From assembly GCF_020745735.1 (NCBI RefSeq), contig NC_083409.1:16540789-16604788 (forward strand): a stretch of 64,000 nucleotides of DNA. The letters run 5' to 3'. Positions 11,050 through 23,689 of the stretch are shown in pieces. The stretch is from Hemiscyllium ocellatum (lineage: Eukaryota). Position numbers and translations under genes: made by a program. The first letter of the stretch is position 1. The number at the start of each line of letters is the position of its first letter. Under the pieces are notes generated by a model. It was not told where the DNA came from. It saw only the letters and a list, made by a program, of their open reading frames with translations, and searched no databases.

Positions 11050-11405
11050 TGTCCCACTGGACTGTCCAGTGGAGACCAGTAAGCATGGAATTCATTCCCA
11101 CAGAACTCTCCAGTAGAGACCATTAAACATAGGCATCTTTGCCGCTGGAGCCTCCAATGGAGACCAGTAAATATGGGTCTATTTCCCACTGAATACTCGA
11201 GCAGAGCCTAGTTAACATGGACCTTATTCCTACTGGGCCCTCCAATAGAAACCAGGAGAGAAAGGCCTCCATTTCTTTGAACTCTCCAGTGCAGACCAGT
11301 AAATATAGACGAGCTTCAAACTGGCTCCTCCAATACAGACCAGTAAAGATGTGACTCTTTGTGAATGGATCCTCCAATACAGACCAGTAAACAAGGATCT
11401 CATTG
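11050..11405 (+). repeat. 44-bp tandem array (about 8 diverged units); continues at 12490-12620
   Basis: A GAGACCAGTAAA-like motif recurs at 11072, 11116, 11160, 11204, 11248, 11292, 11336 and 11380. Confidence 0.85.
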
Positions 11406-11714
11406 CAAGATTGAACTTCGGAATGAGGAGCAGGAATAGGTAATCAAACCCGTTTCCTATTTAACATGATCATGGCTGAACTTAACCTCCTCTCCACTTT
11501 CCAGACGGCTACCTATTGCCCTCTATCCTGCTTTTCATCAGAAAGATATCTGTTTCTTTCTTGAATCTGTTGATTGATTCTGCCTCCACTGTGCTTGAGG
11601 AAGGGGGTGGGGAGGGGGGGGGGTAGTGGGGAGGGGGGGTGGAGATGATGGTGCGCACTGACATCCACAGATTCGCAACCTTCTGCGAGAAGTAGTTGGA
11701 ATGGAACAGATTCC

Positions 11715-12055
11715 ATACAGTATGAAACCAGGCCATTCAGCCCAATAAGTCCACACCAACCCTTCAAAGAGCATTCCACCCAGAGCCATTCTGGAACCTT
11801 TTCCCTGTAACCCTATATTTCCCATGACTAATGAATCTAACCTACACTTTCCTGGACACTATGGGTAAATTAGCATGGCCAATCCTCTGAACGTGTACAT
11901 CATTAGACTGTGGGAGGAAATCAGAGCACACAGATGAAGCTCACACAGACAGGGGGAGAATGTGCAAACTCCATGCAGTTGCCTGAGGGTGGAGTCGAAC
12001 CTGGGGCCCTGGCACTGTGAGGCAGCAGTGCTCACCACTGCACCACTCTGTCACC
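11715..12055 (-). mobile_element. HE1-like V-SINE, older copy
   Basis: Diverged head, V-domain and tail. Confidence 0.75.
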
Positions 12056-13568
12056 TGTAGTTTCTCCTCATCTCAGTTTTAAACATACCTCCTCTCACTC
12101 TATGTCTATGACCTCTTGTTCGAGACTGGCCCACAAGAGAGTACATCTGTTCAATGCTTGCCCTATCAATCTCCTTTAGCATCTTATATACTTCACTCAG
12201 ATCTCCCCTTCATACAACTGAATTCCAGTGAGTACAAGCCCTAGCTATTCAACCATTCCTCATATGGCAGCCCTTTCATCCGGGGAATCAGTCTGGTGAA
12301 CATCCTCTGAACTGAATCCAGTGCCACCATATCCTTCACCAAGTAAGGAGACCACAACTGGACACAATGCTTCAGATGTGGTCTCACCAATGCCTAATAG
12401 AATTGTCACAATATTTCTTTATTTCTGTAATTCAGTCCTTTTATAATAAATACCAAGATTCCAATTGCTGCAAGAAATGCCAACATTCCAATTCCATGGG
12501 ACTCAATTGGAACCTCCAACAGAGATCAGGAAACATGGGCCTCCATCCCACTGGAATGTCCAATGGACAGCAATAAGCCTGAGCTTCTTTCCCACTGGAC
12601 CCTCCAGTATTGGAGCTTCAAACCCCACTTCCTCTCCATCACCTAGGTCTCTTATTTCAATCTCCACTACATTGTTTGTCTCTGCACTACATCAGCCCCT
12701 TGACCACAGAAACTCTTATTCCTGCTCATCCCACCTCCAAACTCCAACATTCTGATGTCCTCTCTCAGCTTACTCCATCTGTGCTCCATAAATTCCAAAT
12801 TGTCTGGAATGAAATGGCCCCTTCCCTGTCTCATACCAAGGAGGAGATTGACAGATTTGATTTTAGTAATTAGTTGAAAGTTTACGGAGAGTGGGTGTGG
12901 TCAGAATTGGTCAAATTGATGACGGCTCCTGCAGTTGAATATCCTGCTGGCAGGCTCCAGCCTTTTACACACAGAATGGAGAAGTGTGTATTGTAGGCAT
13001 ATATTGTAAAGTTCCATAGAATTAAACCTCAGCATCAAATGTCCCTCAGGAGGGGAGAGGGAATGTTCAGGGTCCTGAGCTCCATTTCCCAGCCCAGGCA
13101 GTTTGCCTCCCAATGAATGAATGAGATGCCAGCTTGGAGCCCAGGTTAGGGACAGTCTCTGCTGTGGACCCAAGTCAACAAGAGGCAGCTGGAGATCGAG
13201 CTGAAAGGAAAGATTTGCTGGGTTATGGGGAGAGAGGGGGCAGTGGGAATAATTGGATCACTCACAGACACCACAGGTGGGGGGGGGGGGGTGCAGGTTT
13301 AGGACTAAATAGAGAAGGAACTTCTTCACCCAGAGGGTGGTGAATCTATGGAATTCCCTGCCCAGCGAAGTCGTTGAGGTTTCCTCAGTAAATGTTTTTA
13401 AAGCTGATTTAGGTAATTTTTTGAACAGTAAATGAATCAAGGGTTTTGGTGAAAAGGTGGATAAGGGGGAGCTGATGCCATGAAAAGATCAGCCATGATC
13501 TTACTGAATGGCAGAGCAGCCCAAGAGGCCAGAGAGCCTGCTCCTGCTCCTGGTTTTAATGTTCTTAT

Positions 13569-13801
13569 GTGCTGTCAGATTCCAGGGAGTGCAGACAGTT
13601 CACAGTTTTCTCCCGTCTCAGTAACAAATGTGCAGCTGCTCCGAGCTCCTTCTTTCACTTCCTCACTTGGTGAAGTTTCAACCTTGCGATCTGACAGCCT
13701 TTGCAGTTATTTTTTACACTGGGGCTTTCTGCTGTGGTCAGAATCTCTAATAATAAGTGTCCAATCAGTGACAATCACAGCAGCTAAGAGCAGTCAGGAC
13801 T
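13569..13801 (-). promoter_or_regulatory. Candidate upstream B-lineage enhancer, copy A
   Basis: EICE GGAAGTGAAA (13662-13653), E-box CAGCTG 13633-13638, Runx TGTGGT 13733-13738. It differs from the B copy at 15 of 233 nt. Confidence 0.55.
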
Positions 13802-13814
13802 GAGTAGCCAGGCT

Positions 13815-14500
13815 CACTGGGAAACACATTGGGAAGATCAAAGCCATCCCCTTCAGGTCCCGGTACAACCTCCATCCCTCTCCCTGAGCACTGTCTGCTG
13901 CTCAACCAGACTCTTTACAAAAACAGAATACCTCAGCAGGTCTGGCAGCATCTGGGGAAAGAAATCAGAGTTAACCTTTCAGGTCGAGTGACCCTTCCTC
14001 AGAACAGTTCTGAGAAGGTTCACGTCCCAAAATTTTAACTCTGCTTTCTCTCCACAGATGGTGCCAGACCTGCCGAGCTTTTCCAGCAATTTCTGTTTTT
14101 GTTCCTCATTTGCAGCATCTGCAGCTTTTTCGGCTTTTATTTCATACCAGATTCCTTAAAATCTTGGCCTCATCTTTGAGGCTGATCTGAGCCCCAAATC
14201 CTCCACAGCACAGAGATCACTCACTGAAAGTCCCACTCGTTGCTTTGGGACTCCAAACATGACCATTCTAATGTTGTCTTGGGCCACATCACAGCCACTG
14301 CCCTCTGTAAACTTCAGCTCACACCAAAACTCTGCTGCCCGAATCCGAACTCGCAACAAATCCCATCCCCATCCCCCACTGTCCTCACTGAGCGACATTG
14401 GCTCCCGGTCCAATAACACCTCGATTTTCAAATTCTCGTCCTTGTTCTGAAGTCCCTCCCTGTCCATCGACCCTCCCCATCTCTGTAACCTCCTCCTAGC
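13815..14500 (+). mobile_element. L2-clade LINE fragment; mirror at 34470-34900 (-); further L2 pieces at about 12620-12830, 36660-37080 and 55640-55900
   Basis: ATTGGGAAGATCAAAGCCAT..CCATCCCTCTCCCTG..AACCAGACT signature of the L2 3' region. Confidence 0.55.
13915..14140. mobile_element. Palindromic (tail-to-tail) PLE-derived element, arm-A specific
   Basis: Inverted arms centred on CTCAGAAC-A-GTTCTGAG (13998-14014) with decayed CTGAGGA..GAAA cores; empty site near 34800-34830 in arm B. Confidence 0.7.
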
Positions 14501-14749
14501 TGCCTCACTCAGTGTGGTCAGCAATCTTGGATATATGGCTCTCTATTCCTTCATCCAAGTCATTCAGAAATATTATGAAATGCTAAAGTCCCAGGACGGA
14601 TCCCTGGGCACACCACTATTCACCTCTTGCTCATTTGAGGACACACACATTATTCCCTCACTCTGTCTCCTATCTCCAAACTAATTCCTAACCCAAGGCA
14701 AATGTTTTTTCTCTTATTCAATATGGTTCCACGTTGATGAACAATCTCT

Positions 14750-17200
14750 CAAACAGTGAAACTCGGAGCAGGAATAGGCCATTCAGCCCTTCGAGCCTGT
14801 TCTGCCATTCAATATGATCATGGCTGATCATCCAACTCAGTTGCCTGTTCCTGCTTCATCCCCATAACCTTTGATCCCTTTCATTCTAAGAACTGTATTG
14901 TGCCCTTTCTGGAAAACATTCAGTGGTTTGAGCTGAACTGCTTTCAGTGACAGAAACGTCTACAGGCTTCCTGTAGAATGAAAATATTTCTCTCCATCTC
15001 AGCTCTAAATGTCCTTTCCCGTATCCTTAAACTTTAATCCTTGATTCTGGACTCCTTCGTCATCAGGAACATCCTGTCTTGTCCTGTTAGGATTCTAGAG
15101 TTTTCAGTGTGACTCCCCATAATCTTCTAACCTCCAGTGAATATAATCCTAACTGATCCAGTTTCTCATCAGATCTAAGTCTAATTGCTGTCATCCCAGG
15201 AGTCAGCCTGGTAAACCTTCGCTGCCCTCCCTCCACAGCCAGAACATCTTTCCTCAGATAAGTAGACCAAAACTGCACACAATACAATCGTAAAATCGCA
15301 CAGTACAGAAGAGGCCCTTCGACCCATTGTACCTGTACCATCCAAACTACAGTAAACCTGCATTCATCCAAATTTCCAACACAAGGCCCATAGCTTTAAA
15401 TGTTATGATATTTCAAGGGTTAATCCAAGTACTTTTAAAAGTCCTCCTCAACTACCAGCCCAGACAATGCAAACCAGACCCCCACCACCCTCTGGGTGAA
15501 AATCTCCTCTTCAAATCCCCTATGAAGCTCCTGTCTTTCACAGTGAATGTGTGCCAACTCCGAAGAAGAGGAACAACTGCTTTCTATTCATTGTGTCCAT
15601 TCCCCTCATAGCCGTTTACACCTCTATCAGGTCCTCTCAACCTTCTCTGCTTCAAAGAAAACAACCCGAGTTTATCCAGCCTCTCTTCATCGCTGAAATG
15701 CTTCATCCCAAGCAACATCCTGGTGACTATTCTCTGCACCCCCTCCAATACAATCCCATCCTTCCGATTGCGTGGTGACCAGAACTGCACACAGTACTCC
15801 AGCTGTGGCCTAACAAAAATTCTGAATAGCTCCAACATATCTTCCCTGGTCTTCTCATCTATACCTGAAATGATAAAGGCAAGTGTCCCATATGATTTCA
15901 TCAATACTTTATTCACCTGTTACATTGTCCAAAGTTCATCACCTCACATTTATCAGGGGTAAGTTCCATCTGACTCTGATCTGCCCATCTGACCAATCCA
16001 GTTAGATCCTCGTGTCACCCAAGACCTTCTTCCTCATTGTCAACCATCTGCCAAACCTCGTGTCATCCAAAAACTCAGTCATCATCCACTCACCCCCACC
16101 CCTCACCTCTCACATTCTCATCTTCATTGTTTCAATACATCCTGAACAATAAGGGACCCAGCACTGATCCCTGTGGTATCCCACTGCACACTGGGCCCAG
16201 TCACATAAACAAATTTCTGCCTCCACCCTCTGTCTCCTGTCACTGAACCAGTTTTGGTTTGAATATTCAGGAGTGGACTCACTAAGGCCCCATACAATTA
16301 CAGCAAGACATCCCTGTTCCTGTACGCAAATTCTCTCACTATAAAGGTAACATATCATTTACCTTCTGCACTGCCTGCTGCACCTACACGCTGACTTTCA
16401 GTGACTGGTATACACGGACACAGGCATCTCTGCATCTTCTTCACTGCTCCCCCTCCCACCCAGCTTTGTGTCATCTGCAAATTGGAGATATTACTCTTAA
16501 GTTCCCTCATCTAAACCATGAACAAATATGAACATTACTGACATGAATAGAGAAGTGGTTGGCAGGCTGGAAACAAAGAGTAAAAAAAACAGACCTTTTT
16601 CTGAAAAGGTCTGTTTTTTTTTTACTCTTTGTTTCCAGCCTGCCAACCACTTCTCTATCCATGTCAGTACACTGCCCCAGTCCATTGAGTCTTACTTTTA
16701 CTCGCTAATTTCTACTGTGGGACTGTTTAAAAGCCTTCTGAAGGTTCCAGATAAACCACATCCGTTGGCTCCCCCTTGTCAAATCTGCTCATTCCATCCT
16801 CGAACAATTCCAGTCAATTTGTTCTGCATGATTTCCCTTTCCACAAACCATGCTGACTCTGTCTAATCCTATCACTGTCTTCCACGTGCCCAGTGATTAA
16901 ATCTTTCACAACGAACTTGACTATTTTTCCCAATACCAATGCCAGGCTGACTGGTCCAGGTTGCCCACTTTTCTCTCTCCCTCCCATTTTAAACAGTGAT
17001 GTTACATTCGCAACTCTCCAGTCACTGGGAAAGTTCCAGAATCAATAGAATCTTGAACACCAATGTTCCCAAAATTTTTGGGCAATTCCTGAAGTAATCT
17101 GAAATGTAGGTTATTGGTCCCTGCGGATTTATCAAACTTTAATCCCATAAACTTTCCAAAACCATTTCCCGAATAAAACTAATTTTCTTCAGTTCTGCCC
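14750..17200 (-). mobile_element. Stacked 5'-truncated CR1 fragments
   Basis: LEYCVQFWSP motifs, RT pieces and 3' tails. Confidence 0.8.
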
Positions 17201-17589
17201 TCAGTCTATACCCTGACGTCCCAACATGTTTCAAATGGATTTGAGTTTTCCTTTGTGTACAAAGATCCAGAATGCAGCAAAGGCAGAAATTTCCTTGTCA
17301 GCTTTTGTCAGCGATACTTGTCAATATACTTTCATCCAATCAATTTTCAATAGGAATGACACACTACCCACCATTTCAATGCAATCTTCTGACCTGGGAA
17401 TAGGATACAAATCCATCTTTGTGACTACATTCACTTTCCTATAGTGTACACAGAATCGAATTGAAACATCTGGCTGAGTCACCAAACAAGAGAACTCCAA
17501 CTACTCTTAACAGTTCAATCAGGGGACCCTCTCTTGTTTGTGATCAGTAATTTGCTGATTTTTAGGTGGTTTGAATCATCCCCAGATCC

Positions 17590-18210
17590 CTGGTTCCACA
17601 AATGGGCTGATTTAAAACTGTGAAATTGAGAAGGCAATAGACAGGTGTTTCAGGGCAAAAGAATCTCTGTGTTTATTCAGAACAGGCCTGTGTCTGGAAG
17701 CTCTTGTTCAGATAGCGTTTGGTTGGTGTTCCTGCTCTCGGGTGTCCTTTGTTACGATGATGCTCTTGGTTTGGTGTCTGGATTCAGCTTCTCTGTTCAG
17801 CCTCTGTAGTTGTTGGTTCTAAAGCTGCTTGTTGGTAGTGTGTGTTAGTAGGCCGAGGTTGTAAAAGTTAGTTTTAGTCAAGAGATTGTGTTCTGGTTGG
17901 TGTCCCTTTCAGAGTTGAAGTGTGAACTGGAATTCCAGGCAGAACAATAGCTCCAGGCAGCCATTTTTTACAAAAAATCCAGGGTTTCAGATGATAGTGA
18001 CTTTTGCTCAATCCTACACAAGAGAACTCCAATTACGCTGACAATTCAATCAATTGATTCTCCAACATGAATTGAGCTTCATTTGTTACTTTGACTTATT
18101 TCTCTGGTTTTAATCAAAATGGATTTTGTTTTATTGGGTCTGAATAACCTACATCCACATCATGTTCGATTAATCTGGGACACCTAAGTGTATCTTTTAA
18201 AGACCATGTA
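17590..18210. mobile_element. Possible LTR fragment
   Basis: Non-coding, TG-skewed, with an internal 34-bp near-duplication (about 17486-17520 versus 18017-18051); lies on the 3' side of the gypsy relic. Family not verified. Confidence 0.25.
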
Positions 18211-18939
18211 TCAGTGTAGAGTTAGGCCATTCAGCCCATCACGTCTGCCCTGCCATTCGATCATAATTGATTTGTTTGTCAACCCCAATCTCCTGCCTTT
18301 TCTCCATTACCCTTGATCCCTTTACCAATCAAGAATCCATCTATCTCTGTCTTAAATACACTCAATGACTTGGCCTCCACAGCATTCTGCAGCAATGATT
18401 AATCCACAGATTAACCACTCTCTGGATGAAAAATCTCCTCCTCATCTCAGTTCCAAAGGATGGTCCCTTCACTCTGAGGCTGTGCCCTCAGTCTCTCTGC
18501 CAAGTGGAAACATCTTCTCCATGTCTACTCTATCCAGGCCTCTCAGTATACAGTATGTTTCACTGAGATTGCCCCTCATCCTTCCAAACTCCATCAAGTA
18601 CAGACTGAATACTGGCTCCAACCACTCCTCAGACAAACTTCTTTGTATTCTCTGAGCAATCTCACTCTGTCCCTCTGTTGATCTTCCTCCAGATGCAAAA
18701 ATACAGTGTCTGAATTCTCTAATATCTCTGAATTTGTTCACCTCATAGGAGGAAGTTCACTTTGGAAATTGTCCAATTGCCTTTGGATCTCATGCTTTTT
18801 CTCATCCCCTCCTCCATTATACTCACTACTTGACACACCTGTACACGACTGAATGGTTCCTCAAAAACTGAGAGAGGAATTAAGGATGCTGGTTCAATCA
18901 CATGTTGAGGTTTACCTATAACTTGACAAGTGTTTTTTA

Positions 18940-20270
18940 AAAATTATTCATTTTGTGTAATGTGAGCATCACTGGCTGGCCAGGATTTGTTGCTTATCCC
19001 CAGTTGCCCAAGGCCAGCATTTATTGCTCATCCCTAATTCAACTCTTTTGTCCACGTTTGAACCAATCTGTAATGAAGCCAGGAGCTGAGTGACCCTGGT
19101 GGAACCCAAACTGGGCATCACTGAGCAGGTTATTGCTGAGCAGGTGCTGTTGATGACACATTCCCTCACTTCGCTAATGACCGAGAGGAGACTGATGGGG
19201 CGGTAACTGGCTGGCTTGGATTTGTCCTGCTTTTTATGTATAGGACATTGTTGGGCAATTATCCACATTGTCGGGCAGATGCTAGTGTTATAGCTTTCCT
19301 GGAACAGCTTGGCTAGGGAAGTGACAAGTTCTGGAGCACAAGTCTTCAGTATTATTACCAGAATGTTGTCAGGGTCCATAGCCTTTGCAGTACCCAGTGC
19401 CTCCACCCATTTCTTGATAACACGTGGAGTGAATCAAATTGACTGAAGATGGTTATCTTTAATGCTGAGGACCACTGGAGGAGGCCAAGATGGATCATCC
19501 ACTCAGGACTTCTAGCTGAGGATTTCTGCAAAAGCTTCAGCCTTATCTTTTGCCCTGATGTGTTGGACTCTTCCATCATTGAGGGTGGGGATATTTGTGT
19601 GGAGCCCGCTCATCCAGTGAGATGTTTAATCGTCTACCAGTACTCATGACTGGATGTGACAGGGCTGCAGAGCTTAGACCTGATCCATTGGTTGTGTGTT
19701 GTCTAATACTGTCTGTCAATTGCTGCTTGTGCTGCTTGCTATGCGAGTAGTCATGTTTGGTGGTTTCACCAGGTAAATACCTCATCTTGGTAAAAACAAT
19801 GACTGCAGATGCTGGAAACCAGAGTCTAGATTAGAGTGGTGCTGGAAAAGCACAGCAGTTCAGGCAGCATCCGAGGAGCAGTAAAATTGACCTTTCGGGC
19901 AAAAACCCTTCATCAGGAATGCAGGAATACCTCATCTTGATGAATGACTGGTGCTGCTCCTGGTACGCCCTCCTGAATTCTCCATTGAACCAGTGTTGAT
20001 TCCCTGGTTTGATGATAATGGTCGTGTCGGGGCTGGAGCACAATTCTGCTGCTGTTGATGGCCCACAGTACTTCATGGATGCCCAGTCATGAGTTGTGAG
20101 ATTGGTTGTAAGTCTGTCCCAGTTAGTCTCGTGAAAGTGCCACACAACACGATGGAGGCTATTCTCAATGAAGGCGGGTGTTGGTCTTCACAAGGACTGT
20201 GCGGTGGTCACCCTTACTGGTACTTTCGTGGACAGAAGCATCTGCAGCTGGCAGATTGGTAAAAATGAGT
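18940..20270 (-). mobile_element. Internally deleted LINE of a second CR1/L2-type family; APE fragment of the same family at 35390-35840 (+)
   Basis: KTCAPELVTSLAKLFQ..HKKQDKSKPASYRPISLLSVISEV and DASVHESTSKGDHRTVLV; jumps to the GCAATAAATGCTGGCC tail. Confidence 0.8.
19790..19925 (-). mobile_element. 136-bp related PLE-derived insertion with a 14-bp TSD and a decayed hammerhead
   Basis: TSD AATACCTCATCTTG at 19776-19789 and 19926-19939; core CUGAUGA-A-GGGU-UUUU-GCCC-GAAA-G-GUC has lost the ACGU palindrome. Confidence 0.8.
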
Positions 20271-22080
20271 TCAAGTATGTTACATTTATAAAACTGTGCC
20301 ACATCTTTATATAATTTTGGCTCAATAAAACACCTGATTCTGGATGCCTGTGGACAATTGGACAATTTCCAAATCCCCACGGTCCTGTCATGGAAATCTG
20401 ATGTGCTCCTCACAATATCTCCCTGTGATAGCTGGATGGTACCACGAGCCAATATCTAACCAACCATTCTTCATCTGGGGGTCCATGGAGGGACGGTGGT
20501 GGGGGGGCGGTCTCCACTTCCTCATCAGTGCTCCATTCTGAAGATAATAGCATTCTGAAACCCCTCCAGCCTCGACCTCAGTATGAACTGACAGTGCTCA
20601 TTTATTTCATTCGGGATCTGCTTTTTGGATCTGCTGTAATTAGGGACATCATACCAACCACTCCACCTGGATTATCTTCACCCTTTTGGAAAGTTTCAGC
20701 GATCCTTTCACTTGCTGTGATGTCACATCAACCCTTATTGATGGATTTTGTTTAACCATTGCTCTGGTTACCTCACACGAAGGAGAGAGACCAGGAACCT
20801 GTTCCTGTCATTGTTCTGTTTCTTGGCCCTCCTTTGGACATTCTGTAATCATTGGGGAAGATACTGCCTTTAATCCTGACAAAATATTCCCCAGAAGAAA
20901 ATCAACTCCCTCAACAGGGAATATTTTCCCCACTCCGACAATTACTTCTCCTGATAACAAATCACATTCCAGTTGTACATTTTGATGAACACCTTAGAAT
21001 CCATTGAGCTCTCTGGAGGGAAAATCGATTCTTTCTCCAGTAAAAGTGATTGTATTGCCCCTGTATCTCTCAGTTTGATTCTGGGTTTAGCTGAAGAAAA
21101 AGGAGTCACCATTCCTTTTGATAAAAATCCTGTCCACCTCTCATCTATTTTACAACTTCCTTTACTGATGACAGAATTCACCTCCAGCCTTTTTGTTATA
21201 GTTACAGCTACAACCTGCTCCGTGGGATTATCTGTTTGCATTCCCTCTTCTGACTCATTTTTACTAACTCCCATAAATCTCCTGGGTCTTACCTCACAGC
21301 TTCCAACATTCCATACGCACATGGCCCACCTTATTCCAAGAGAATCGTTTCAACTTCTGATCATCGCTTCCAGCCTCAGCAATTTCTTTCTTAATCTGAA
21401 GAGTAGTTCTCCGGCAGGTCCCTCCTGTCCATTCTCTCCCCTGTCTACCTGCCTTCCACACACACTCCCAATTTTTATTTTTCTCCCATTTCTGGGCCTG
21501 ATGGGAATAAGGTTTCTGGATTAATCTCCCATCAGGTGACTTCTCCACCTCCTGATGCTGCTTGGCTTGTTGTGCTCTTCCAGCCTCCTGTTTGTCGACT
21601 TTGGATTCCAGCATCTGCAAGGTTTTGGCTTTAATGAAGACTATAATCATTAACCATTCTAGCTGCTTGTCATGCTGTTCTTCCCCTTCAGTCTTTTACA
21701 TGAATTCTGATTCTAGAAGGGAAGAAAGTTTTAAATCCTTCTCAGAGAATAATTTCTCCGACAGCATTGTAAGTATTCTCAGCTGTTAATGCTCTTATCC
21801 ACCTGTCAACATTATTTTGCTGAATTCTCTCAAACTCAGTAGAAGTTTGTGGAGGCTGTTTCTGTAAGTTCTGAAACATCTGTCTGTTTGTTTCTGGGAT
21901 CGATGCATATGTGCTTTTCACCTTTTCACTTCCTTGTGATCCTGAGAATGTTCCTCTGGCAGGGATATAGAAACTTCTTGTGCTTCCCAAGTTCATTTTG
22001 CATGGGCAAACTCCATTGTTTTTCCTCGCCTCACTTGTTTAAATATCTTCTCAAAAGGCATGAAAAATGTCTCCACCTCC
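20270..22080 (-). mobile_element. Decayed Gmr1-like gypsy LTR retrotransposon: SCAN-type gag, zinc knuckle, protease, integrase N-terminus
   Basis: Fragments in order on the minus strand: ETNRQMFQNLQKQPPQTSTEFERIQQNNVDRWIRAL (SCAN-like gag), NKVGHVRMECW (knuckle), KLRDTGAIQSLL (protease), then WLVVPSSYHREIL..PKLYKDVAQFYKC (integrase HHCC region). A short PLE-like piece interrupts it at about 21525-21635. Confidence 0.75.
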
Positions 22081-22109
22081 TTCTCTTCATAGTCATAGAG
22101 TCATAAAGC

Positions 22110-23550
22110 AAACAAACAGGCCTTTCTGCCCACCATGTTAGTGCTGATCAGTAAACACCAAACTGCACTAATCCCATTTACCTGCACTTGGTCCATAGCA
22201 TTCCATGCCCTGGCATTTTATGTGCTCATCTGGATGTGTCTTAAATGTTGTGAGAGGAGCTGCCTCCATCACCTTCTCAAGCAGCACATTCCATATTTCT
22301 ACCACCCTCTGGGGTAAAAAAAATCCTCAATTCCCTCTCAACCACCTTTTCATCACATTAAGCTTATTTCCTCCGGTCATAGACATGTCTGCCATGGGGA
22401 AAAGATGATCACAATTGACTTTGTTTATGTCTCTCAGAATCAGATTCACCAACCCCTTCCACCACGCCCCCACCCCCACCCACCCCCCCCCCCCCATGCT
22501 TCCTCTGCTCCACAGGAAACAAACTCAGTTGATCAAGTCTCTCTCCTCATAACTAACACTTTCCATCCCAAGCAACATCCTGGTGAATCCACTCTCCACC
22601 CTCTCCAGTCCAATCATGTTTGTCCAACAGTGATATGTACACAGTGTTCCAGATATGGCCTAACCAATGCTCTGTAAATTAACAATGAGACTTCCTTACT
22701 CCGATATTCTGCACACCGGCTAATGATGGCAAGCATCCCATTTGCCTTCTTCACCACCCTGTCTAGCTGTGCTGATTCCATCTGGGATCGGTGGACTTGT
22801 ACACCAAGGTCCCTTTGTTCCTCACTACTCCCAAGAACATGAGAACATAAGAGCCAGGAGCAGGAGTTGGCCATCTGGCTCTTCGAGCCTGCTCCACTGT
22901 GCAATAAGATCATGGCGGATCTTTTCCTGGACTCAAATCCACATACCTGCACTCTCATCTTATCTCTTAATTCCTTTATTTTTCAAAAAAAAATCTGAGC
23001 TCTAAAAATATTTACTGAAGAAACATCAACTACTTCATAGGACAAGAAATTTCATAGATTTTGACCCTCTGGGTGAAGAAGTTCCTTCTCAATTCAATCC
23101 TAAATCTGCTCCCCTTAATTTTGAGGCGATGCCCTCTTGTCCAAGTTTCACCTGCCAGTGGAAATATTCTCTCTACTTCAGTCTTATCTATTCTCTTCAT
23201 AATGTTATATGTTTCTATAAGATCCCCCCTCATTCTTCTAAGTTCCAATGAATATATGCCAGTCTACTCAGTCTCTCCTCATAAGCTAATACCCTCAACT
23301 CTGGAGTCAACCTTCTCTGCACCCCTTCTAGTGCCAGTACATCCTTTCTCAAGTAAGGAGACCAAAACTGCACAAAGTACTCCAGGTGTGGCCTCACCAG
23401 CATCCTGTACAGCTGCAACATAACCTCTCTGCTTTTTAAACTCAATCCCTTTAGCAATGAAGGACAAAATTCCATTTGCCTTTCTAATTGCTTGTTGTAC
23501 CTGTAGACCAACCCTCTGTGATTCATGCATAAGGACACTCAAGGCACATG
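22110..23550 (-). mobile_element. Two CR1 3' fragments
   Basis: LVRPHLEYFVQFWSPYLRKD..RMRGDLIETY. Confidence 0.82.
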
Positions 23551-23689
23551 CCTTTCATTGTGTATATCCCTCCCTTATTAGACCTCCCAAACTGGATCAC
23601 CTTACACTTGTCAGGATTAAATTCCAGCTGCCATTGTTCTGCCCAGTTACCAGCTGATCAATATCAGACTGTAGCCTGAGACCCAGTAA

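Larger units (their letters stand above)
1..15920 (-). repeat. Arm A of an inverted segmental duplication (continues past the left edge)
   Basis: Reverse-complement collinearity of Ig segments, unique blocks and shared TE junctions: 1 = 47527; 3776-4441 = 44492-43926; 10600-10960 = 39240-38850; 13569-13801 = 35153-34921; 15100-15900 = 32800-31960. Confidence 0.9.
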
